Below, in pieces: positions 9,718-19,196 of a stretch of 64,000 nucleotides of DNA. The translations under genes were made by a program, and so were the position numbers. The first letter of the stretch is position 1, and each line of letters opens with the position of its first letter. The DNA comes from Minisyncoccota bacterium. GTDB taxonomy: Bacteria > Patescibacteriota > Minisyncoccia > Phycocordibacterales > PALSA-1337. Location of the stretch: assembly GCA_041671485.1 (NCBI GenBank), contig JBAZBL010000001.1, positions 23,037 through 87,036 of the forward strand, given 5' to 3'. A model generated the notes under the pieces. It worked only from the letters and a program-made list of their open reading frames with translations, was not told the origin of the DNA and ran no database searches.

Positions 9718-11115
9718 ATGAACAATAATGATTCATTGACTCTATATCCAACAATATTTGTTATCTTTGGCATAACTGGTGACTTGGCTTCTAGGAAGCT
9801 TTTGCCAGCATTATTATCTCTCTATTCCAAACGACTTTTGCCTATACGATTTACTGTGATTGGTTTCTCGAGACGATCTTTCAATAAAGAAGAATTTCGT
9901 GATCTTATACGAAATAAGATGAATATTCGTCCTGGTCAATTCAAGGAAGAGGATATCAAACATTTTCTCGACCATATGTCATATGAACAGGGGTATTTCG
10001 ATGATTCTAGAGCATACGAAAGGTTGTCCAAGCGTATTCAGTCTATAGATCATGAATGGGATCAATGTTCAAATAAAATATTTCATCTATCAGTTCCTCC
10101 TTCTTTCTATGCAGGAATATTGACAAATCTTTCTTCTTCGAAGCTAAATCATACATGTAATGACGAAAGTGGTTGGACGAGAATTCTAATAGAAAAACCT
10201 TTTGGTAGTGATATAAAAGAGGCAAAGGCATTGGATAATCTTCTAGGTAAACTGTTCGATGAAAAGCAAATATTCCGTATAGATCATTATCTGGCAAAAG
10301 AAGCTCTACAAAATATATTAGCATTTCGTTTCTCCAACTCTCTATTTGAATCTGTTTGGAATAATCGGTCAATAAGCAGAGTCCATATAAAACTTTTCGA
10401 GAAGATAGGCATAGAAGGGCGTGGTGACCTATATGAATCTTTGGGTGCTTTGAAGGATATGGGACAAAACCATATGTTGGCAATGCTAGCCCTCATCACA
10501 ATGGATAGGCCAAAATCATTTATAGCAGGAAATATAAGAGATGAGCGTGCAAAAGTCCTATCTACACTCTCTACTATATCTCCTCGGAATTTGGAAAGAT
10601 TTGTATCCAGAGGGCAATATGACGGATATCTCGCTGAAAAAGGTGTAGCTTCAAATTCTAGGGTTGAAACATATTTTCGAATAGAAGCTAGGCTAAATAA
10701 TAAAAACTGGAAAGGAGTGCCATTTTATCTAGAAAATGGAAAAGCAATGAGAGAGACAAAAACAGAAATAGATGTGTATTTCAAGGGTAGCAAGAATATA
10801 GAAGAGCAAAATATACTGACATTTCGGATTCAGCCAGAAGAATGTATAAAGATAAGATTCTTCGTCAAGACTCCAGGGTTTGCGTGGGAGAGGGAAGCAA
10901 AGACTCTCAAATTCAAGTATTCTGATATACCATCATTTACTTCACTACCAAATGACTATGAAAGACTCATACACGATGCATTTATAGGCGACCAGACCCT
11001 CTTTGCTTCGACTGACGAAATCATGGCTTCATGGAAATTTGTTACACCTATCATAGAGAATTGGAATAGATTACCGCTCAAAAAATATCCGAAAGGAGCA
11101 ATAGAGGTAGAGTAG
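9718..11115 (+). CDS. zwf: Glucose-6-phosphate 1-dehydrogenase
   Basis: IFGITGDLA.RKL, IEKPFG, RIDHYLAK, W.GVPFY and YERLI.D motifs; start placed at ATG 9718. Confidence 0.96.
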   Translation: MNNNDSLTLYPTIFVIFGITGDLASRKLLPALLSLYSKRLLPIRFTVIGFSRRSFNKEEFRDLIRNKMNIRPGQFKEEDIKHFLDHMSYEQGYFDDSRAYERLSKRIQSIDHEWDQCSNKIFHLSVPPSFYAGILTNLSSSKLNHTCNDESGWTRILIEKPFGSDIKEAKALDNLLGKLFDEKQIFRIDHYLAKEALQNILAFRFSNSLFESVWNNRSISRVHIKLFEKIGIEGRGDLYESLGALKDMGQNHMLAMLALITMDRPKSFIAGNIRDERAKVLSTLSTISPRNLERFVSRGQYDGYLAEKGVASNSRVETYFRIEARLNNKNWKGVPFYLENGKAMRETKTEIDVYFKGSKNIEEQNILTFRIQPEECIKIRFFVKTPGFAWEREAKTLKFKYSDIPSFTSLPNDYERLIHDAFIGDQTLFASTDEIMASWKFVTPIIENWNRLPLKKYPKGAIEVE

Positions 11116-11419
11116 ATAGAGCCAAATATATCTTTTAATGTTATTATTTTGTTATTCCTCTGCAGGATGAGAGAGCTCGTGCTGTAATAGGAAATTCGAA
11201 ACATGGAAACCGACGCGTCAAAATCGTTTTTTGTGTTACGAAAAAGGGCAAAGGGAGGTTCCGACGGATGATGTGGCTTTCTGTCATTTCATCCGTCTTT
11301 TTATTTATTTTATAGAAGAAATTGTATTGAGACAAGTCTCTGTCTCTGTTGAAAAGATTGATTTTGAGGTGCAGATTAAAATACAGTAAAAATGTTTCAA
11401 TTGTGATATAATTGAGCAA

Positions 11420-12382
11420 ATGATCAATCAACTTGTAAAATATATGCATCCATTTGAAAAAATACTAAGTGTTTCAAAAGAAAATATTGTTCTTGAAATA
11501 AAAGGCTTTTCTGATTTACCATGGGTAGATTTCTTACTTAATCCTCGCCGTTTAAGAGGTAGCGACTTCTTGATGCGATGGTCACAGGGGGTTTGGAGCG
11601 AAAATCGTCTTATTGAAGCGATAAATGAAAGCGGGAAATATTTTGCCGTTCCTTATGGTCCGAGCGGAACTGCCCCAACAGACGATGTACGGGCATTTGA
11701 ACTTTATTTTGAACGTTTAGAGAAAGCAGGTCTTGGTCATATAAAAAGACCAGATTTACTTGTATTCAAGAAAACAAACGAGAAAGCAGTGAGCAAGATT
11801 CTAAAAAATATTGGCGGAATACAAGAATTGCCTTTTACAGAAGAAAGTAAGCTTGATGGATTGCTTAAGATGGCAACGGTGGCAGTAGAATGTGAAAACA
11901 GTCTATGGAAATCAAAGAAAATGCCTGATTATGAAACTCTTCTTACACCACAGAAAAGATTAAACGGTCAGTTTGGATTGAAGAAAACAGCTGTTTTACC
12001 AACTGTAATCATTAAAGAAGAAGACCGAGAACCTCTTAATAAGTGGCAGGAAAATAATAAAGTACTGATTCATGTGTGGCATGTATTTTACGACCAAGCA
12101 TTTGGTATTCCTCTCAAAGAAGTGGAACGGTTGATCAGTAATGGTCTTATTCAGCCGACGATTCAAACATTTCAGGCACCCGGCGGAGCAACGACAAAGA
12201 AAGCCATATACAAAATCTATTACCGTTATGCCTATCCACTTGGTGACGCTATAGAAGAACCTACGCTTATTTCAGATTGTATTGAGGACAAGAATGGACA
12301 CATTTTGCCGTATGTTAAATTCCATGGAGGTAAGTTAAGACTTAACAATGAAGCTATTAAAGTCCTGGATTCAATTTTATGA
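11420..12382 (+). CDS. Type II restriction endonuclease, AccI-like family
   Basis: 'SDFLMRWSQGVWSE', 'KRPDLLVF' and 'AVECENSLW' resemble AccI-family PD-(D/E)xK nucleases; overlaps the methyltransferase gene. Confidence 0.7.
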   Translation: MINQLVKYMHPFEKILSVSKENIVLEIKGFSDLPWVDFLLNPRRLRGSDFLMRWSQGVWSENRLIEAINESGKYFAVPYGPSGTAPTDDVRAFELYFERLEKAGLGHIKRPDLLVFKKTNEKAVSKILKNIGGIQELPFTEESKLDGLLKMATVAVECENSLWKSKKMPDYETLLTPQKRLNGQFGLKKTAVLPTVIIKEEDREPLNKWQENNKVLIHVWHVFYDQAFGIPLKEVERLISNGLIQPTIQTFQAPGGATTKKAIYKIYYRYAYPLGDAIEEPTLISDCIEDKNGHILPYVKFHGGKLRLNNEAIKVLDSIL

Positions 12383-13890
12383 AAAGAATTATTCATCAAA
12401 AATTACCATCTCAACACAATGAGAGAGAAAGACTTAGAGATAAGGGACAATTTTGGACTCCGAGCTGGGTTGCTGATGCAATGGTTGCTTATGTGGCCAA
12501 AAATGCCGATCTTGTCTTCGATCCCGGAGTTGGTAAGGGTGTTTTTTATAGCTCGCTCAAAAAGATTAATCCGAAAATTAAATTCTACGGTACGGATATT
12601 GACCCAAATATTATTACTGATGCAAAAGCTGAAGGTATTTTTGATGATAATGCTCATCTCGAGATAAGAGATTTTATCCTCAATACTCCAAAGAAACTAT
12701 TCCGAGGTATTGTCGCAAATCCACCTTATATACGCCATCATCGTCTGTCACAAGAATATAAAGAAAAATTTAAAGCAATAAGTATACGGTCAATGAATGA
12801 CACACTCGATGGTCGCGCTGGTTTGCATATTTATTTCCTTATTCAAGCTCTAAACTTACTCGATAAAGGTGGTAGACTTGCTTTCATTATGCCAGCAGAT
12901 ACATGTGAAGGCATATTTTCAAAAAAGCTTTGGGATTGGATTTCAAAAGATTTCGCCATTGATGGTGTAATAACTTTTGACCATAAAGCTACACCTTTCC
13001 CTGGTGTAGATACTAATGCAGTTATCTTTTTAATCCGCAAAGACAGTCCAATAGAAAAAATAAAGTGGATTAAATGTTTGGAGCCAGAAACTACTCAATT
13101 ATTGAGTCTTATAAACGATGATTTCAAAGACGATAAGTTTTCTGATCTAGTTATCTATGATAGAGATTTAGAAGAAGCAATCTCGACAGGCTTGTCAAGG
13201 GCACCACAGGATAGAAAATTTGAATTCACTTTGGTCGATTTTGCAAAAGTAATGCGTGGTATCGCTACAGGTGCTAACGAATTCTTTTTTCTCACAAAGA
13301 AAAAGGTGAAGGAACTTAAGATTCCCGATAAATTCTTTCTTACAGCAGTTGGTCGGACACGCGATGCTGAGGGGTCTTATATTACAAAAGAAACTCTAGA
13401 AAAATTGGAAAGAAAAGGGAGGCCTACGCTTCTGTTTTTTCCTAATGGGACTGATTGGAAAAATATGCCTGATTCAGTTAAAAATTATATTATAGAGGGT
13501 CAGAAAATGGGATTGTCTAATCGCGCGTTGATTTCAACAAGACAACCTTGGTATAAAATGGAAGTTAGAGAAAAACCAGTATTTTTATTTGCTTATCTTG
13601 GTAGAAGAAATGCGCGGTTTATAAAAAATGAAGCAGGGATTATTCCACTCACTAGTTTCCTTTGTGTATATCCCCATTCAGATAATAAGGAATATATTGA
13701 TAAACTATGGGGAGTTTTACAACATCCAGATACAATCTCAAATTTGCAACTAGTTGGAAAATCTTATGGTTCTGGAGCAATTAAAGTTGAGCCTCGGTCA
13801 TTAGAGAGATTACCTATAAGTTCTAAAATTATTAAGGAATTTGGTCTAAATCCTATTAAGTTGGGATTATCTTTGTTTACACAAACATAG
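12379..13890 (+). CDS. N6-adenine DNA methyltransferase (gamma class, Eco57I/TaqI-like)
   Basis: GQFWTP, motif I DPGVGKGVF and motif IV ANPPY. Confidence 0.92.
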   Translation: MKRIIHQKLPSQHNERERLRDKGQFWTPSWVADAMVAYVAKNADLVFDPGVGKGVFYSSLKKINPKIKFYGTDIDPNIITDAKAEGIFDDNAHLEIRDFILNTPKKLFRGIVANPPYIRHHRLSQEYKEKFKAISIRSMNDTLDGRAGLHIYFLIQALNLLDKGGRLAFIMPADTCEGIFSKKLWDWISKDFAIDGVITFDHKATPFPGVDTNAVIFLIRKDSPIEKIKWIKCLEPETTQLLSLINDDFKDDKFSDLVIYDRDLEEAISTGLSRAPQDRKFEFTLVDFAKVMRGIATGANEFFFLTKKKVKELKIPDKFFLTAVGRTRDAEGSYITKETLEKLERKGRPTLLFFPNGTDWKNMPDSVKNYIIEGQKMGLSNRALISTRQPWYKMEVREKPVFLFAYLGRRNARFIKNEAGIIPLTSFLCVYPHSDNKEYIDKLWGVLQHPDTISNLQLVGKSYGSGAIKVEPRSLERLPISSKIIKEFGLNPIKLGLSLFTQT

Positions 13891-13946
13891 AGGATTCTAT
13901 TTTAATAAATTTGACAAGACACTAATCTTGGTTTATACTTGTATTT

Positions 13947-15119
13947 GTGTACCATCCGAAATCACGAATAAGAAGCAGATTTTCTCGTCCTACTAGCAAG
14001 AGAGGTAGAGGTAAAAACGAAAGAATTGATATCCATCGCTTTATAAACAAAGTAACAGTAGCTCTAGAAGTTGCTCTTTTTGTGCCTATCAATAAGTTTG
14101 AGAACTTCCAAATAGATCAAAGATTGAGAGATTCTATCATTACAAAAGGTTATAGTATACCAACGCCCATACAAGATAAAACTATACCGCACATTCTTCT
14201 TGGTAATGATGTAGTAGGTATTGCCAATACTGGCACAGGCAAAACTGCTGCCTTTTTGGTACCTCTCATACACAAGATTTTACAAAATAGGAAAGAGCAG
14301 GTAATGATCATTGTGCCCACTCGCGAACTGAGTATTCAGATTGACACAGAATTGAAACAGTTTGTACGAGGTATGAAAATATTTTCTGTTTGCTGTGTAG
14401 GTGGAGCGCCGATTCGTAGACAGATTGCCGATTTGAGACATCAGAATAATTTTATTATAGGCACACCTGGTAGACTCAAAGATCTGATAGACCGTAAACT
14501 GATACGCCTTTCAGAATTTAATACTATTGTTTTGGATGAGGCCGATAGAATGCTCGATATGGGTTTCATAAATGAAATGCGTGCAATAATGCTAGCCATG
14601 CCGAAAAATCGCCAAACATTGTTTTTCTCCGCAACTATTTCACCAGAAATCGAAAGACTTATCGGTGAATTTCTGAAAAATCCAATACATATTTCTGTCA
14701 AAACTTCCAATACTCCTCAAAATGTTGATCAGGATATCATCCGCGTAAAACATGGTGAAGAAAAAATAGATACTTTATACAATTTGCTCATTCAAAAAGA
14801 ATTGACCAAAGTGCTTATCTTTGGACGAACTAAGCATGGTGTAGAGAGACTTTCTCAATATTTGAAAAAGAGGGGACTAAAAACAGAATCAATTCATGGT
14901 AATAAAAATCATAATAAACGTCAGGAAGCGCTTGGTTTATTCAAGAATAACTCTATACAGATACTTGTCGCTACAGATGTGGCCGCTAGAGGTCTCGACA
15001 TTGCCGATGTGAGCCATGTTATAAACTATGACATTCCAGCCACACACGATGACTATATACACCGCATCGGCCGTACTGGTCGTGCAGGTAAGCTTGGTAA
15101 GGCATTGACGTTTGTCTGA
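13947..15119 (+). CDS. DEAD-box RNA helicase (RhlE/DeaD-like)
   Basis: PTPIQ, ANTGTGKT, PTREL, TPGR, DEAD, SAT, ARGLD and HRIGRTGR motifs. Confidence 0.96.
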   Translation: MYHPKSRIRSRFSRPTSKRGRGKNERIDIHRFINKVTVALEVALFVPINKFENFQIDQRLRDSIITKGYSIPTPIQDKTIPHILLGNDVVGIANTGTGKTAAFLVPLIHKILQNRKEQVMIIVPTRELSIQIDTELKQFVRGMKIFSVCCVGGAPIRRQIADLRHQNNFIIGTPGRLKDLIDRKLIRLSEFNTIVLDEADRMLDMGFINEMRAIMLAMPKNRQTLFFSATISPEIERLIGEFLKNPIHISVKTSNTPQNVDQDIIRVKHGEEKIDTLYNLLIQKELTKVLIFGRTKHGVERLSQYLKKRGLKTESIHGNKNHNKRQEALGLFKNNSIQILVATDVAARGLDIADVSHVINYDIPATHDDYIHRIGRTGRAGKLGKALTFV

Positions 15120-15219
15120 TTCTGTATTTCTCACTGCAATGTATAGAAAAGGAGTTTGTATTAGGGTGTTTACAATTACTTGACAATTAGATATAGATTG
15201 GTTTACAATTGATTTACGC

Positions 15220-16272
15220 ATGATTACAAAACAGAAAATACTAGAAACTGCAAGGATTAAAGGCAAAATATTCAGTAAGGATTTTACTGAAGATTTTAAT
15301 GTTTCTAGACAGTATATTAGTGTTCTCATTTCTAGACTTGTGAAATCCAAAGAACTTTTAAGGATCGGTTCAACAAAAAATGCATTTTATATCTTACCGG
15401 AATATGCAGAAAATCATCCAGAAATTTTACCGACAAAATATTCTAAAAGTTTCAAAAACAATAATTTAGAAGAGCACGATGTTCTTATTGAAGTAGAGGA
15501 AAAGTTTCCACAAATTTCCGGACTCAAAGAACATGTCCGTAATATTTTTACTTTTGCTTTCTCTGAAATGTTCAATAATGCAATTGAACATTCCCAGTCA
15601 AAAAATATTTCTGTTGAGGTTATGGTCGCTGATAATGATTTATTGTTTATCGTGAGCGATTCGGGAATCGGAGTGTTCAGGAGCGTGATGAGAAAGGGAA
15701 AATTGAAATCAGAATTAGAAGCAATCCAAGATTTATTAAAAGGAAAAACTACAACTATGCCAAAATCTCATTCCGGAGAAGGAATCTTCTTTACATCAAA
15801 AGCAGCAGATGTCTTTATTTTAGACAGTTTCGGACACCAAATGACTATGAATAATAAGAATGGAGATGTTTCCGTGAGACAAGTCAAAGAAAAAAGGGGG
15901 ACGAGGGTTGTGTTCAGGATTAACACTAGTTCATCTAAACACCTAAGTGATGTATTTAAAAAATACACAAATCTGAAAGAGGAGAGCGATTACGGATTTG
16001 ATAAGACCGAAATACGAGTTAAACTCTATACGGTTGCTGGTATCCATATTTCCCGTTCCCAAGCGCGCCGAATTCTACATGGACTCGAGAAGTTCAAGAT
16101 CATCCTTTTTGATTTTGACAAAGTACCGATAGTCGGTCAGGCTTTTGCCGATGAAATATATAGAGTCTTTCATAACAAACATCCCAATATTGAAATACAA
16201 GAAGAAAATATGGCCGAGGCTGTAAAGTTTATGATTGATCGTGCAAAAAATGAAGCAAAACGAGCAAGATAG
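15220..16272 (+). CDS. wHTH + HATPase_c + DUF4325 (STAS-like) protein
   Basis: SEMFNNAIEHS, DSGIG and GEGIFF ATPase boxes; C-terminal SRSQARR..DF..V..VGQAFADE. Confidence 0.8.
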   Translation: MITKQKILETARIKGKIFSKDFTEDFNVSRQYISVLISRLVKSKELLRIGSTKNAFYILPEYAENHPEILPTKYSKSFKNNNLEEHDVLIEVEEKFPQISGLKEHVRNIFTFAFSEMFNNAIEHSQSKNISVEVMVADNDLLFIVSDSGIGVFRSVMRKGKLKSELEAIQDLLKGKTTTMPKSHSGEGIFFTSKAADVFILDSFGHQMTMNNKNGDVSVRQVKEKRGTRVVFRINTSSSKHLSDVFKKYTNLKEESDYGFDKTEIRVKLYTVAGIHISRSQARRILHGLEKFKIILFDFDKVPIVGQAFADEIYRVFHNKHPNIEIQEENMAEAVKFMIDRAKNEAKRAR

Positions 16273-16309
16273 ATTTTACTTTTCCTTATTTTTTAGCTAT
16301 CTTTATGAG

Positions 16310-17308
16310 ATGAGTTTATCCATCGGCATCGTAGGACTCCCAAATGTGGGCAAATCCACGCTTTTTAATGCACTTACAAAGAAGGGTGTGCCTGCGGAGA
16401 ATTATCCGTTCTGCACAATCGATCCTTCTGTTGGCATTGTGCCTGTACCAGATGAGAGAGTTGCAAAGCTTTCAGAGTTTTCAAAATCGGCCAAAACTAT
16501 TCCGGCTGTTGTTGAATTTGTTGACATTGCTGGCCTTGTAAAGGGGGCATCGGAGGGTGAAGGATTGGGCAACAAATTCTTGGCTCATATTCGGGAAACG
16601 GATGCTATAGCTGAAGTTGTTCGAATATTCAAGGATGATAAAATTATTCACGTTGATAAAGAGATAAATCCACTTCGCGATATAGATGTCATAAACCTAG
16701 AATTGGTACTCGCTGATCTAGAAACAGTGACAAAGAGGTTAGCCTCGGTGGAAAAGGATGTCAAAAGCAATAAAAAAGAAGCAATATTGGAGAAGGGAAT
16801 GCTTCAAAAAGTAAAAGTATTATTGGATGAAGGGAAATTGGCAAGTGGTGTAATATTGCATGATGATGAAAAACCACTATTGAAACAATTAAATCTGCTT
16901 TCTGTTAAACCGATTCTATATGTTCTCAATAGTTCTGAAGCTAGTGATAATGATGAAGAAGTCCTGTCAAAAATCTCGGGTTCTTATGTTAAAGTTGATC
17001 CTATATTTGAAAATGGTTTGGGCGATCTTATAAAGAAAAGTTATGAACTATTGGATTTGATAACATATTTTACAACTGGTGAAGATGAGACTCGTGCTTG
17101 GACAATAAAGAGACATTCAACAGCACCTGTAGCTGGTATGGCAATTCACACTGATTTCCGTGACAAATTTATTCGCGCAGAAGTGATAGAGTGGCAAAAA
17201 TTGCTCGAAGCTGGATCATATGCAAAGGCGCGAGAGAAAGGGTGGGTGAGGACGGAGGGGAAAGGGTATGTGGTGAAAGATGGGGATGTGGTGGAGTTCA
17301 AAATCTAA
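16310..17308 (+). CDS. ychF: Redox-regulated ATPase YchF (Obg family)
   Basis: GIVGLPNVGKSTLFNALT, NYPFCTIDP, DIAGLVKGAS and TGS end EGK.YVVKDGDV. Confidence 0.97.
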   Translation: MSLSIGIVGLPNVGKSTLFNALTKKGVPAENYPFCTIDPSVGIVPVPDERVAKLSEFSKSAKTIPAVVEFVDIAGLVKGASEGEGLGNKFLAHIRETDAIAEVVRIFKDDKIIHVDKEINPLRDIDVINLELVLADLETVTKRLASVEKDVKSNKKEAILEKGMLQKVKVLLDEGKLASGVILHDDEKPLLKQLNLLSVKPILYVLNSSEASDNDEEVLSKISGSYVKVDPIFENGLGDLIKKSYELLDLITYFTTGEDETRAWTIKRHSTAPVAGMAIHTDFRDKFIRAEVIEWQKLLEAGSYAKAREKGWVRTEGKGYVVKDGDVVEFKI

Positions 17309-17511
17309 ATAGAAACAGCCCTTCCTTTCGGTTGGGCTGGGACCTGGGGAGACGCTCTTAACGTATCTAACCAAGCTTATATATAGTGTAGCAGATAACA
17401 TTATTCCTGTCAAGCGCAAGAAAATGTTGGTGTTTTAGACCAAATCATATGTTAATCGTATCATTTTGATACAATTATAGGTGTTAAATGATACGATTAT
17501 GCAGTAGTTGC

Positions 17512-17558
17512 TGGGTAAGAATGGATGGGAAGGGGTATGTGGTGAAAGATGGGGATGT
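17512..17558 (+). repeat. Diverged second copy of the ychF 3' end (matches 17243-17289)
   Basis: 26 bp are identical (17264-17289 = 17533-17558); translates WVRMDGKGYVVKDGDV versus WVRTEGKGYVVKDGDV. Confidence 0.85.
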
Positions 17559-17941
17559 AATGAAAAAGCCAGATGTATTTAATCTTTGTGCATCTGGCTT
17601 CTCTTAATTATTTTAATTATCTTAACCCCACTTCACACCAGTGTTTTGTTGGCTTCAGATAATCACACCACACATACACTATCATCATGACTAGTGATTG
17701 CGGAGACGGTACAAAGAGCGCTACCCGTCAAATACGACACCAATCACAAGCAATTGCTTGTACTCTCGATCATCGTGCCGTTCTGGTAATGAGCCTAACA
17801 TAGTAGATATTTTTTGTCAAGCAATTGACAATATTCAAAAACCCTGTATGATTCTTGCTGGAAAGTAGGGGAGGTCGGACGATCTTTCCTTGAAAACTAA
17901 AAACAAATGCGATTTAGTTCGCATAGAATGGAGCAAGCAAT

Positions 17942-18931
17942 ATGAAAAAGAATGAAGTGTTTGGTCAGTTTATCAGGATGTTCATATCCGGATTCATCGG
18001 CACCGCCATCGCAATCTTGTCGAGTAGGCGTTTCGATAGTTGGTGGGCAGGGCTCGTCGGTGTACCCGTAGCACTCCTTCTCTGTGATGTGAAGGAAAGT
18101 GTTCGGGCAACCCAGTTCGCTCTTGCGACAATCAAAAATGCTGTCAGTTCGATTCGTCTTCAGAAAACAGAATCGATCAAGAAATTTCTCACTCCCAGTG
18201 AAAAAACTATATCGGTTTTCAAAGATCTACTTCAGAGTTTCTTCTGTGGACTGACTACATGTACATGGGTCATCTCAACCACTTTCTTTTCAGCTATAAT
18301 TATCAGTCTGTTATGGATCTTTATGTTCCTATACATATTCGGTAGTACCCGTTATGAAGGTGGTTTGGAAACGGTGTTTCCTACCTTAATAATGATAGCT
18401 GCTGGAATTCCTTTGCTCAGTTTTAGCAGGCATATCGAAGGATCCAGTAAGTCGATGAAGATATTTCCAATAAATCACCTATTTAGGAAATTCAAATTCT
18501 TTCGAGTTTGGGACGAACCGTCATCACCAAACAATAGTAATAATCCGACATGTTCCATTCGCGATAGAGATGAGCGACTGTACTCATCTGGAGAAATAGT
18601 CCATGCTTTGAAAGAGACTTTTCTTGGTGGCGTTCCGTCCTGCTTGATACTCTTCCTTGCGTGTTTATTTGGTTTGTTTATATTGCTCATCGATGTCATT
18701 CTTTCTGTGTTATTGAATGTCATCACGAGCAAAAGCGTCTCGGTTGGAGCAGGAGTGATCTTTGGACTTAGTGTCGATTACTTCCTCAGTCCGGTCAATG
18801 CTACAGCTATCTGGTTCATCGGTTGCTGTTTCCTCGGTGCTGTATCTGGATGGATCTTCTGGTGTGTAAGAGAGAAGTTGCTTGACATGCCATTGCCATC
18901 TACGGTATATGCAAATTTGGCAAATACATAG
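17942..18931 (+). CDS. Multi-pass membrane protein, unknown function
   Basis: 329-aa ORF with several hydrophobic segments; upstream TTGACA promoter and GGAG RBS. Confidence 0.7.
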   Translation: MKKNEVFGQFIRMFISGFIGTAIAILSSRRFDSWWAGLVGVPVALLLCDVKESVRATQFALATIKNAVSSIRLQKTESIKKFLTPSEKTISVFKDLLQSFFCGLTTCTWVISTTFFSAIIISLLWIFMFLYIFGSTRYEGGLETVFPTLIMIAAGIPLLSFSRHIEGSSKSMKIFPINHLFRKFKFFRVWDEPSSPNNSNNPTCSIRDRDERLYSSGEIVHALKETFLGGVPSCLILFLACLFGLFILLIDVILSVLLNVITSKSVSVGAGVIFGLSVDYFLSPVNATAIWFIGCCFLGAVSGWIFWCVREKLLDMPLPSTVYANLANT

Positions 18932-19005
18932 GATGCAAATCAAAACATATGCCCTTCTCTTTTCCAAAACGGGTTCGCCATCAAGTGATTGAAGGAAGAG
19001 TTGAG

Positions 19006-19119
19006 ATGCTTACAAATATGGGATATGATGGTAATGGTGCCGTCTTGGCTCTCACGCTATCTGTAGTCGCTCTTCTTTCCGGAATTGCCTACGTGGCATA
19101 TTGTTCAATCGCTTACTAA
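19006..19119 (+). CDS. Putative small single-TM peptide (37 aa)
   Basis: Translates MLTNMGYDGNGAVLALTLSVVALLSGIAYVAYCSIAY, preceded by GAAGGA and followed by a hairpin near 19138-19170. Confidence 0.35.
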   Translation: MLTNMGYDGNGAVLALTLSVVALLSGIAYVAYCSIAY

Positions 19120-19196
19120 ACAGTGTTGAATTATTTCAGGGTCCCTCTGTGGCATACAGTTGGGACCTTTTGTTTTATAAGCAATTTTGATATATC

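Noticed and set aside
11144-11449. 101-aa minus-strand ORF upstream of the restriction gene as a controller (C) protein
   Set aside because: It has no HTH signature, is on the opposite strand and has low-complexity composition.
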